64,000 bases of DNA, taken from NCBI GenBank assembly GCA_035506295.1, contig DATJPR010000098.1, forward strand, positions 4,789 to 68,788. The letters are read 5' to 3'. Shown here piece by piece: positions 16,669 through 25,131 of the stretch. How positions within the stretch are numbered: position 1 is the first letter of the stretch; every line of letters begins with the position of its first letter. The stretch is from Bacteroidota bacterium (lineage in GTDB: Bacteria; Bacteroidota; Ignavibacteria; UBA10030; UBA6906). A program made the position numbers and the translations under genes. The notes beneath the pieces were generated by a model, which saw only the letters and a program-made list of their open reading frames with translations, ran no database searches and was not told the DNA's origin.

Positions 16669-18555
16669 TCATGCATGAACTGCGGCCTGGGCGCTCAGGC
16701 GCATGAGCTCGCCGACATCCACAATCATGATGACCTGTCCGTCGCCAAGGATGGTCGAACCTGCGATCCCTTCCACGGTGCCCAGGTACCCTCCCAGCGA
16801 CTTGATCACAACTTCTTTTTGACCAAGCATCGAATCGACCACAATCCCCATGCGCTGCGCGGCGAGACCGACAACGACGATATACGTCCACTCCGAGCCG
16901 TCTCCGTTCTTCGTCCCACCCAGGACACGGCCGATCCGCGTAATAGGCAGAACGCTGTCCCTCAGGCGCACCACCTCCAGGCCGTTGATCGTGCTGATCT
17001 CGTCGTCCTTGACGCGGACGACCTCCAGGACAGCACTCAGCGGGATGCAATAGATTTCTCCACATGCCTTCACGAGGAGCGCCTGGATGATGGCCAGCGT
17101 CAGCGGCAATTTGATGATAAACTTGCTTCCGACGCCGGGCTGTGAGTCAATTTCGACGGTGCCTTTCAGTTTCGTGATATTGGTCCTGACGACGTCCATG
17201 CCGACCCCGCGACCCGAGATGTTCGTGACCTTCGCGGCGGTGCTGAACCCGGGAGCAAAAATAAGGTTGAGGATCTCTTTTGCCGTCATTTCGCGGGCGT
17301 CGGACTCGCTCAGCATTCCTTTTTCAAGGGCTTTCGCCTTCAGTTTTTCGGGGTCCATGCCCCGCCCGTCATCCTGAACCGTGATGACGATATGGTTCCC
17401 CTCGTGCTGGGCGGCCACCCGTACCGTTCCCTTGGGGGATTTCCCCGCCGCGGCGCGTTCTGCCGGTGATTCGACGCCATGGTCCGCCGCGTTGCGGATG
17501 ATGTGTACGAGCGGGTCGCTCAGCTCCTCGATGATGGTCTTGTCGAGCTCCGTTTCCTCCCCTTCCATGATCAGATCGATCTCTTTCTTCGTTTCGCGAC
17601 AAAGGTCCCGCACCAGCCGCGGGATCTTGTTGAAGACCTTCGCGATCGGAACCATGCGGGTCTTCATGACCGCCATCTGAAGCTCGGTGGTGATGAAATC
17701 AATTTGCGCGCTGGTATCGAGGAGCCCCTTCGTGACAGGGAGGTCTTCATGTTCCTCGGCGACCGTGTTCGCGATTTGCGTAAGCCGGTTCCGCCCGAGC
17801 ACGAGCTCGCCGACGAGGTTCATCAGCGTGTCCAACCGGGTAACGTCCACACGGATGGTCGAGTCGGCAGTGCCCCTGGTGCTCTGGACTCCGGCCGGTT
17901 GTCCCTTCTTGTCTTCAGACTGTTCGGGGCTCTTCATCTCCGCGGAAGCGGAGGACGGCACGCCCGCAGCGGCATGTTCGTGTTCTGCGGTCGCTTCGAT
18001 TTCCTTCGGAGCGTCGGGCGGGGCAACGGCCTCCACGGGCGGTGGTGGTGCGCCGGCCTCGGGAGTGGACACCGGAGGCGCCGCCTGCTTCGGCGTTGCC
18101 GGTGACGCGCTCGCCGGCTGCGCCGTCAGCGCGATCCCCTTGAGGCGGGCGATGATCGGCTGCAGGTCGAGCTTGCGGCTGTCCCTCGCCTCGATCTTCG
18201 CCATGAGCTCCTTCAGCAGATCATATGCCGCGAGAATCACGTCCATTTTTTCCGGCGTGACCACCAGCTCGCCGCGGCGAAGTTTGTTCAAAACATCTTC
18301 AAAACTGTGCGCCAGTTCCGTCATCTGCTCCAGGCCGAGGAACGACGATGTCCCCTTGATGGTGTGCACCGCGCGGAAGATGGAATTGAGCAGTTCCGGC
18401 GTCGCACTTCCCTTTTCGAGCGTCAGAAGATCCTGGGCGAGGTTCTCGAGAATTTCGCGGGTCTCGACGATGAAGCTTTCGAGAATCTCCGCCATTTCGT
18501 GATCGAAGGCGGGAAACGGCTTGTCACTCTGAAGGGCGCTCTCGTGCTCACTCAT
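16669..18555 (-). CDS. cheA: Chemotaxis histidine kinase CheA
   Basis: Hpt domain (FRAVHTIKGTSSFLG), dimerisation region, HATPase domain (HIIRNAADHG, DDGRGMD, GRGVGMDVV) and a C-terminal CheW-like domain. ATG 18555 overlaps the upstream stop (ATGA). Confidence 0.93.
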   Translation of the reverse strand: MSEHESALQSDKPFPAFDHEMAEILESFIVETREILENLAQDLLTLEKGSATPELLNSIFRAVHTIKGTSSFLGLEQMTELAHSFEDVLNKLRRGELVVTPEKMDVILAAYDLLKELMAKIEARDSRKLDLQPIIARLKGIALTAQPASASPATPKQAAPPVSTPEAGAPPPPVEAVAPPDAPKEIEATAEHEHAAAGVPSSASAEMKSPEQSEDKKGQPAGVQSTRGTADSTIRVDVTRLDTLMNLVGELVLGRNRLTQIANTVAEEHEDLPVTKGLLDTSAQIDFITTELQMAVMKTRMVPIAKVFNKIPRLVRDLCRETKKEIDLIMEGEETELDKTIIEELSDPLVHIIRNAADHGVESPAERAAAGKSPKGTVRVAAQHEGNHIVITVQDDGRGMDPEKLKAKALEKGMLSESDAREMTAKEILNLIFAPGFSTAAKVTNISGRGVGMDVVRTNITKLKGTVEIDSQPGVGSKFIIKLPLTLAIIQALLVKACGEIYCIPLSAVLEVVRVKDDEISTINGLEVVRLRDSVLPITRIGRVLGGTKNGDGSEWTYIVVVGLAAQRMGIVVDSMLGQKEVVIKSLGGYLGTVEGIAGSTILGDGQVIMIVDVGELMRLSAQAAVHA

Positions 18556-19175
18556 GGTTGGTCCGACGTCCATTGTTTAACGATCTGATCGGCCTGGTCC
18601 TGCCGTTCGGTGGACACCGTGTACTCCGCCTCGATGTCGAAGTGCGCGGGGGTGGACACCGGTGCGCTCGGGCCCGCAACCGCCGTCCCGCCGAACTGGT
18701 CCAGGATCCGGATGAGCTCGACCCGGACCGATTCGATCATGTGGCTCACGCCGGCAATTTGCTGGCTGGTGATGTCCTGGACCTGCAGCGCCATCGCGAT
18801 GCTCATGGATTTCTCCTTCGTGGTCGCGAGTGACCGCGAGATGGACGACATCACTTCAGTCACGGGCCTCGCCGGATTGGGCAGCAGGTTCCCGAGCGTT
18901 TTGAGGCCGGCTTCCGCGGCGTCGACGTTCTGGGAAATTGTATCCAACACGTCCAGGATCTCCACCGTCGCCGATTCGGTGGCCTGGCTGACATTGCTGA
19001 GCTGGGTCGAGACTTTCGGGATTTTCTTTGAGCTGTCCTCGATCGTCGTCTTGATGTTTTCCAGCGCGGGAAGCATTGCCGACACAGCATACACGAACTT
19101 GCTGAGCAAACCGTCGTTTATCCCTGAAACCATGACACTTCCGGGAGTGGGTCGGGGTGCGGTCGCGTCTGTCAT
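18552..19175 (-). CDS. cheZ: CheZ-like CheY-P phosphatase (copy 1)
   Basis: 207 aa. IPKVSTQLSNVSQATESATVEILDVLD and SIAMALQVQDITSQQI align by eye with E. coli CheZ [24 protein letters not shown] and IMMAQDFQDLTGQVI, and the catalytic D-x3-Q spacing is kept. Confidence 0.7.
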   Translation of the reverse strand: MTDATAPRPTPGSVMVSGINDGLLSKFVYAVSAMLPALENIKTTIEDSSKKIPKVSTQLSNVSQATESATVEILDVLDTISQNVDAAEAGLKTLGNLLPNPARPVTEVMSSISRSLATTKEKSMSIAMALQVQDITSQQIAGVSHMIESVRVELIRILDQFGGTAVAGPSAPVSTPAHFDIEAEYTVSTERQDQADQIVKQWTSDQP

Positions 19176-19220
19176 GAATATTCCTCGAATGGTCTGGCGA
19201 TGCCGGATGATGAATCCGGT

Positions 19221-19982
19221 TTAACGCTTGGACGAATGTTTCCCGTTGTTGAGCCCGGTGACAATCTCATCGGCCGCCTGCTGCCGTCCTGTGGAGGTGT
19301 CGTACGTTGCCGCCGGGTCGAATACGATATCCACGTGATGATGCGCGTACCCGGTGCCTGCACCGCCGCACTCTTCTCCGCGGATGTGGAGCAGGAGGGC
19401 ATTGAGGCCGTGATCGACAGACTGCATCATCTTGTTGACAGCCGCGATCTGTTGCGCAGTGATGTCCTGCACCTGCAGGGCTATCATGATGCTCGTGCAG
19501 TCCGCCTTGACACCCTCGAGCGTGGCCACATGGGCGGCGAGCATTTGCTCCGTGCCGAGTGCGCGCGTGCATTGTTCCCACAGCGCAGACAACCGGGCAC
19601 TGTCCGGGTCGTCCGCATGGTTCTTTCGGATTCTGCCGACCAGGTCGTTCATGGCGGGCACCGCGCCGCCCGTCTCCCGGGAAAAAGCCCGAAACCATTC
19701 CTGGATGACCTCGATTTGCCGGATCATACGCTCCACAATATCCAGGATTTGCGTGGAGGCGCTTTCATTGGCGGCCGTCACATTGTCGAGCTGCCGGGAC
19801 GCGGTCGGTAGCTTTTCCGACGTCTGTTCGATGGAGATCTGTAACTCCGCGATCACGGGGACGATGTCCCGCACAAATTCCAGGATGTCGCGAAAGAACT
19901 GCTCCGACTGGGGCAGGGCATCGAGGGTCCGGAGGGTTTCATCGGCCTTGGCAAAGACTTCTTTCAGGTCTTCTGTTCGCAT
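19221..19982 (-). CDS. cheZ: CheZ-like CheY-P phosphatase (copy 2)
   Basis: 253 aa from ATG 19982 (the track uses GTG 19991). It carries the same two motifs (LPTASRQLDNVTAANESASTQILDIVE; SIMIALQVQDITAQQI). It has a longer N-terminus than copy 1. Confidence 0.65.
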   Translation of the reverse strand: MRTEDLKEVFAKADETLRTLDALPQSEQFFRDILEFVRDIVPVIAELQISIEQTSEKLPTASRQLDNVTAANESASTQILDIVERMIRQIEVIQEWFRAFSRETGGAVPAMNDLVGRIRKNHADDPDSARLSALWEQCTRALGTEQMLAAHVATLEGVKADCTSIMIALQVQDITAQQIAAVNKMMQSVDHGLNALLLHIRGEECGGAGTGYAHHHVDIVFDPAATYDTSTGRQQAADEIVTGLNNGKHSSKR

Positions 19983-20013
19983 GATCCTCACCTGTCTGGA
20001 AAGCTGCTACGGA

Positions 20014-20403
20014 TTACGATTTGACTTCGACCGATTTCAGCACGAGGTCGATCTTCTCCTTCAGCCCCTGTGCGGTAAACGGCTTCACGATGTAGTTGTT
20101 CACGTGCACTTTCATCGCTTCGATCACGTCTTCCTTGTTGCCCCGAGTCGTCACCATGAGGATCGGCATTTCCGAGAACGGGTTCGTGGCGCGCACCCAG
20201 CGGGTCAGCTCCAGGCCGTTCATCTCCGGCATGTTCCAATCCGTGATGAGGAAGTCCGCCCCTTCACTGAGCAGCTTCGCCATGGCGTCCTTACCATCGG
20301 TCGCCTCCACGACACTATCGAATCCGATGCTCTTCAGCGTGTTGACGACAATCCTCCGCATCGTAAGGGAATCATCCACGACCAGGAACTTGACAGATGC
20401 CAT
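20014..20403 (-). CDS. cheY: Chemotaxis response regulator CheY
   Basis: 129-aa single REC domain: FLVVDDSLTMRR, ITDWNMPEMNG, MVTTRGNKEDV, YIVKPF. Confidence 0.9.
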   Translation of the reverse strand: MASVKFLVVDDSLTMRRIVVNTLKSIGFDSVVEATDGKDAMAKLLSEGADFLITDWNMPEMNGLELTRWVRATNPFSEMPILMVTTRGNKEDVIEAMKVHVNNYIVKPFTAQGLKEKIDLVLKSVEVKS

Positions 20404-20439
20404 AGTTCACTCCGTTCTCATAATGGTGCCTGCTGACGC

Positions 20440-20814
20440 TTATACCGTCCAGGTGAGGTACTTGGACACCTCATACTGGATCTTTTCCAAACTAAAAGGT
20501 TTCACGACATAGGAGCTGACTCCCAGCCGCGCGCCTGTCTCCTTGCTGACAGTATCTCCGAGGGACGACAAAATAATAACCGGCAGATCGCGATAATCGG
20601 GGATGTCACGGAGCGCGCGGATAAACTCGAACCCGTCCATGTTCGGCATGTTGAGGTCCGTGATCACGAGGTCCACATTTTCCCTCGGGAGCTTCTCCAG
20701 CGCATCCATGCCGTCACACGCCGAGACCACCGTGAACCCCTGCATGCTCAGGGACACCGAAACGAATTTCCGGATGGTGGGGGAATCGTCAACGATCAGA
20801 ATGACTTTGTTCAT
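20440..20814 (-). CDS. Single-domain response regulator (second CheY-like)
   Basis: 124-aa REC domain: ILIVDDSPTIRKF, VITDLNMPNMDG, VIILSSLGD, YVVKPF. Confidence 0.85.
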   Translation of the reverse strand: MNKVILIVDDSPTIRKFVSVSLSMQGFTVVSACDGMDALEKLPRENVDLVITDLNMPNMDGFEFIRALRDIPDYRDLPVIILSSLGDTVSKETGARLGVSSYVVKPFSLEKIQYEVSKYLTWTV

Positions 20815-20819
20815 CGACG

Positions 20820-21707
20820 CTACTCCTTCTTGTACGCAACAGTCTTCGCAAAATTGATCAGCTTGAACGCCGTGGAGATGCCGTGCAGGGATTCCGCATA
20901 GCCGATGAACAGATAGCCGCCACGCCGTAAACTGTCATAGAGATTCGAAACCACCTGGATTTTCGATTGGGAGTCGAAATAGATCAGGACATTGCAGCAG
21001 AAGATGATGTCGAAATTCGACATCATGCGCATGCGCCCCCGGTCATAGAGATTCATATTCTCGAACCGGACGATACGCTTCACCTCATCGCGGAGGTAAT
21101 ACCGCGAATCCTCCGCCGCAAAGTATTTCTCGAGGTAGTACTTCGGCATGTTCCTGATTGAGTAGTCCCTATAGACGCCCTTGCGCGCGGTCTCGATCAC
21201 CGCCTGGTTGATGTCCGTCCCGACGATCTCGATCTCCAGTGCCGGATGCCGCGGTTTGATCCTTTCCAGGAACAGCATGGCGAGCGTATACGCCTCTTCC
21301 CCTGACGAGCTAGCCGCGCTCCAGATCCGGAGCTTCCCCCCGGTCGATCCCCGCGCCTCGAGCACCGACGGGACCAGGGTCTGCTCGAAGGCCTCGAACT
21401 GCGGCTCGTTCCGGAAGAAGAATGTCTCGTTGATCGTGATCGCCTCGAAGAAAAACCGCATCTCCTCCTGTCTCCGCGTACCGTATTTCAGAAGCTGGAG
21501 GTACGCCTCAAAGTTCGCAAGGTTCATCACCTGCAGGCGTTTCCCCAGTCTCCCTTCCAGGAGGTACTTCTTGTTGTCCGGGAAAAAGATCCCGCACTGC
21601 TGATAGATGAACTCCCTGAGCTGACGGAATTCCTCGTCAGTCATCTTCACGCCGGTCGACCCGGCAGGACGCGGAATTGCGGGAACGACAATTGTCGGAA
21701 TAGTCAC
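20820..21707 (-). CDS. cheR: Chemotaxis protein methyltransferase CheR
   Basis: CheR N-terminal helical domain plus a SAM methyltransferase domain (LRIWSAASSSGEEAYTLAM, VGTDINQAVIE, FDIIFCCNVLIYFD, GGYLFIG). The track start is GTG 21707. ATG 21644 (MTDEEFRQL) is equally plausible. Confidence 0.9.
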   Translation of the reverse strand: MTIPTIVVPAIPRPAGSTGVKMTDEEFRQLREFIYQQCGIFFPDNKKYLLEGRLGKRLQVMNLANFEAYLQLLKYGTRRQEEMRFFFEAITINETFFFRNEPQFEAFEQTLVPSVLEARGSTGGKLRIWSAASSSGEEAYTLAMLFLERIKPRHPALEIEIVGTDINQAVIETARKGVYRDYSIRNMPKYYLEKYFAAEDSRYYLRDEVKRIVRFENMNLYDRGRMRMMSNFDIIFCCNVLIYFDSQSKIQVVSNLYDSLRRGGYLFIGYAESLHGISTAFKLINFAKTVAYKKE

Positions 21708-21733
21708 TGCGCGATCTCCAACATTTCGTTCTC

Positions 21734-23170
21734 CTAAGCCTCCGTCCCCGGCGAATCGACTGCATATCCGCGCGACTGGAGCGTGTCTGCCGCGACTTCG
21801 CGAACCATGGTATCGTCGTCCTGAAGAAAACCCGTGATAAATTCCGGCGCGCGTGGATCCGCGATCGCGGCGATAATCTCAATGACGTGAATGCGCAACC
21901 ACGGATCAGGATCATTCATGATCGCGTCAAGGAACTCGACAGCGTTGTCGCCGTCCAGCCGGAAAAGGACGTCGACGATCAGCGCCCGCGTCTCCTCGTC
22001 GGCGGTGGACCAGCGGTCCGCGATGAGGATGAAGGCGCGGCTGATCAACCGCTCCATCGTCTCGTCCACCTGGACATGCATGATCATTTTTGCGATGTCG
22101 CCCACCAATTTCCCCAGCAGGCCGATCGTGCGCTTCACCTGAGCCGCCCGATGCTCCTCGAGGTACTGGATCGCCGCGGAGAAGACGTCGGCTCTCCCCG
22201 GGAGGACTTCCATAAGCCAGGGTTCAAGATCCGGCGTCCGCTCCAGCGCATCGATGAGGGCCGAGGTGACCCCGCGGGCATCGCACCGCGCCAGCGCCTG
22301 AGCGGCGCTCATGCGGACTCCGCTGTCGGCATCCTGCAGCGCCGTCAAAAAATCCGGAACGAGGGTGCGGGAGAAGTCAAGACTGCGGCCTGTTCGCTGA
22401 GCGATCTGGACGAGCGCGTGGAGCACCGCCGACCGCAGGCGCCCTTTCACCTGTTCCAAGCGCCCGTAAAGCAACGTCCACGCGTGTTCGCGGCCGATCG
22501 CCCCGATGGATTCGATGACTGCGAACGCAGTGGCGGGATCCTGTGCCGCCGAGCCAAGCGCTTCAGACAAGCATCCCTCCAGAAACCCGCAGGCCGATGG
22601 ATCGCCGATCTTGCCTACCGCTTCGGCGACCGCAGTCCTGGCGAAGCCCAGACGGGCATACGCGCCGAACAACCCAGGAAGGGCCTCCTGTGACCGCAGG
22701 TTTCCCAGGGCTTCAATCGCTGAAACCACGACGTTTTCATCGGGGTCGTCAAGCATCGGCATGAGGGCGGCAGCGGGCGTTTCTCCCCGGGTCAGACCGA
22801 GGATATCGACGGCAAACTTCCTGACATCCTGGTTCTGATCCTTCAAGTAGGGAAGAACCGCCGGGATCGCGGTGTCGCCGAGCTTGACAAGAAGCTCCGA
22901 GGCGAGATTTCTCGTCACGATATTCTCGCTCCCGATATATTCGACGATCGCCCGGGCGACATTGATCCCGCCGATCGACTGCAGCGAGCGCGACGCCGCA
23001 TCGCGCACTCCCTTGTTCTCGTCCTGCAACGCCGAGGCGAGAGGCACGACGACTGCCAGGTCTCCCGTCGAGACGAGCGCTTCCGCAGCGCTTCGTCGGG
23101 CATCGGGATCGGCGTCCGCCAGCAGGGTTGCGATTTGTTTGCGCATCTCTTCCGTCATGTGCATGCTCAC
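21734..23170 (-). CDS. HEAT-repeat (PBS-lyase-type) protein
   Basis: 478 aa of repeated ~31-aa units such as DPDARRSAAEALVSTGD, DENKGVRDAASRSLQSIG, DQNQDVRKFAVDILGL, DPDENVVVSAIEALGNL, DADSGVRMSAAQALARC and DPDPWLRIHVIEIIAAI. The start is uncertain (GTG 23170, ATG 23164 or ATG 23158). Confidence 0.8.
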   Translation of the reverse strand: MSMHMTEEMRKQIATLLADADPDARRSAAEALVSTGDLAVVVPLASALQDENKGVRDAASRSLQSIGGINVARAIVEYIGSENIVTRNLASELLVKLGDTAIPAVLPYLKDQNQDVRKFAVDILGLTRGETPAAALMPMLDDPDENVVVSAIEALGNLRSQEALPGLFGAYARLGFARTAVAEAVGKIGDPSACGFLEGCLSEALGSAAQDPATAFAVIESIGAIGREHAWTLLYGRLEQVKGRLRSAVLHALVQIAQRTGRSLDFSRTLVPDFLTALQDADSGVRMSAAQALARCDARGVTSALIDALERTPDLEPWLMEVLPGRADVFSAAIQYLEEHRAAQVKRTIGLLGKLVGDIAKMIMHVQVDETMERLISRAFILIADRWSTADEETRALIVDVLFRLDGDNAVEFLDAIMNDPDPWLRIHVIEIIAAIADPRAPEFITGFLQDDDTMVREVAADTLQSRGYAVDSPGTEA

Positions 23171-23179
23171 TGGTATGGA

Positions 23180-24556
23180 CTACAACCCCGTGGCAGTAAG
23201 TTCCCCGTTGCGTTCGACGAAGACCACGCCTCGGATCTCGGTGTCCGTCATCTTTTTCACGCCATTGACGTCGATGAACACGTTGTCCGAGACCGTTTCA
23301 TGGATGACAAGTTTGGCATCCGACACCCTGCGCACCTCTTCGGTGAGCGCCGCTTGTTCTTGAAGGAGGGTTTCACGCACATGTGGGATCTTTCGTTGCG
23401 TCTCCTGGAGGCGCGTCAACATCGCTTCCTTCTCCGCCGGGAGCGATCCGGTGTCGATTTTCAGCCGGACGAGACGATACACGGCGTCCTTCACGTCCGT
23501 CAGGTTCTTCTCCGTCTGCCGGAGTTCCTTTTCGATGGCGGCAAGTCTCTCGAGAATCCTCCCCCGCCTTCCCACCCGCACCTTTACCTGGCCGCCTTCC
23601 GACCTGCCGAGCGTGCCGACCTCAACCAGCTCGTCCGCTTCAAGAACACCGCCGGCGATCACGGCCCGCGTTGCCATGATCTTGCGCTTTGCCGAGATGA
23701 TCCCGTTGACGGATTCACGTTCGACATGGACTTCATTGCCGGCCGTGACGTGTTGATTGCGCAGATGCTGAATCTTGACCGTTCCTCCGGCTGTGATCTT
23801 GCCGCTTCCGCGCCCCATGAACCCGTTCTTGATGGTGACGTCCCCACCGGCCTCGATCACGGCGTCGTCGACATCCCCCAGGACGGTGAGGTTTTTGCCG
23901 ACCTTGATGACGAGGTCTCCGCGAATATCCCCGCGCACGATGAGCGAGCCGACAAAAGTGATGTCCCCCTTTGTGATATCCAGGTTTCCGCCGATCTCGA
24001 TCGTGTCGCGGACGTCGATCTTCCCTTTCGCGTCGACGATCGCGTCCCCGTCGCGCGTGGCACAATACCGCCCCTCGCATTGCGGATCCGCAGCGACTCC
24101 CGGGCCAGCCGACACGCCGACCGGCGCGCCCCGGCGGCCAGGGATGCTCTCTCCGGTCACGGTGATGCCGTCGGCCCCGACTTCGGGCTCGTGGACGAAC
24201 GCCACGGGCTCACCCTGACGTACATTCAGTACTTGGAACACCAACCTGGTATTGTCCCCTTCCTTCGCTGTCGAGGATTGCGAGGGTTGTACGAGGCATT
24301 CCACCCACCCCGACCTTCCCTGCGCCGCAGGGGATCCCTCCGCAACGACGACCGGGGAACCCGGCTGGGCGCCGACATCGGAGAAACGATCCTCGTGAAT
24401 ACCGTGGACGACGCCCGCCGCCGCCAGTGCCGTGGCCACCATCTCCGGAGAGAACGCCGGCTCAGGCTCGCTGAGTACCGCTGTCGCTCTCATCTTGCTG
24501 TGGTCGAGGGTAACGCTGACAACATTCACCCGCGCCACGGGGACATGTTCCTGCAT
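23180..24556 (-). CDS. FapA/DUF342 family protein
   Basis: 458 aa from ATG 24556. The track ORF to 25024 overlaps the upstream gene. It has a beta-helix-like repeat region (IEIGGNLDITKGDITFVGSLIVRGDIRGDLVIKVGKNLTVLGDVDDAVIEAGGDVTIKNG...) followed by a C-terminal coiled coil, as in DUF342. Confidence 0.8.
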   Translation of the reverse strand: MQEHVPVARVNVVSVTLDHSKMRATAVLSEPEPAFSPEMVATALAAAGVVHGIHEDRFSDVGAQPGSPVVVAEGSPAAQGRSGWVECLVQPSQSSTAKEGDNTRLVFQVLNVRQGEPVAFVHEPEVGADGITVTGESIPGRRGAPVGVSAGPGVAADPQCEGRYCATRDGDAIVDAKGKIDVRDTIEIGGNLDITKGDITFVGSLIVRGDIRGDLVIKVGKNLTVLGDVDDAVIEAGGDVTIKNGFMGRGSGKITAGGTVKIQHLRNQHVTAGNEVHVERESVNGIISAKRKIMATRAVIAGGVLEADELVEVGTLGRSEGGQVKVRVGRRGRILERLAAIEKELRQTEKNLTDVKDAVYRLVRLKIDTGSLPAEKEAMLTRLQETQRKIPHVRETLLQEQAALTEEVRRVSDAKLVIHETVSDNVFIDVNGVKKMTDTEIRGVVFVERNGELTATGL

Positions 24557-24558
24557 TG

Positions 24559-25131
24559 CTAGCCTCGACGTCTTCTGATCATTTCCAGTTGCGGCTTCAT
24601 CTGTGTTTCGTAACACTCGGGGCAGATGCCGTGGGAGAACTGCGCCTCCGTCCGTTTTGAGAAATACGCCTCCACCGGTTCCCAGCTTTTCGTCTTCGTG
24701 TGAATTCGCTTGCATCGCGGGCAGATCGGCAGTAATCCTTCCAGTCGATTGACATGCGTTTGCAGGGCGAGAATCCGCTCGGCGACTCGGAGGCGTACCG
24801 TGAGCTCGACGATGTCGCACGGCTTGGTCACAAAGTCGTCCGCTCCGGAACTCATGCCGTCGATATACCCGACCTTTCTGTCCATGGCCGTGAGAATGAT
24901 GATATAGGTGTAGGAATGGTAGGGGGCGCTCCGGATGCGCCGGCACAACTCCAGACCGTCGATCCCCGGCATGATCCAGTCCGTGATCACGAGATCGGGT
25001 TTCCTTTGGGTGAATCCTTCCCACGCCGTCTCGCCGTCGACGAACCCTTCAACGGTGTGTCCGAGGCGCGTCAGTTGCGTGGCGAGAATTTCCCGGGACG
25101 TTGCATCATCCTCAGCCAACAGAATTTTCAT
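24559..25131 (-). CDS. Response regulator: REC + C-terminal Cys4 (zinc-ribbon-like) module (copy 1)
   Basis: 190 aa. REC domain ([33 protein letters not shown]), then [46 protein letters not shown] (CxxC...CxxC). ATGA overlap with the upstream hybrid kinase. Confidence 0.85.
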   Translation of the reverse strand: MKILLAEDDATSREILATQLTRLGHTVEGFVDGETAWEGFTQRKPDLVITDWIMPGIDGLELCRRIRSAPYHSYTYIIILTAMDRKVGYIDGMSSGADDFVTKPCDIVELTVRLRVAERILALQTHVNRLEGLLPICPRCKRIHTKTKSWEPVEAYFSKRTEAQFSHGICPECYETQMKPQLEMIRRRRG

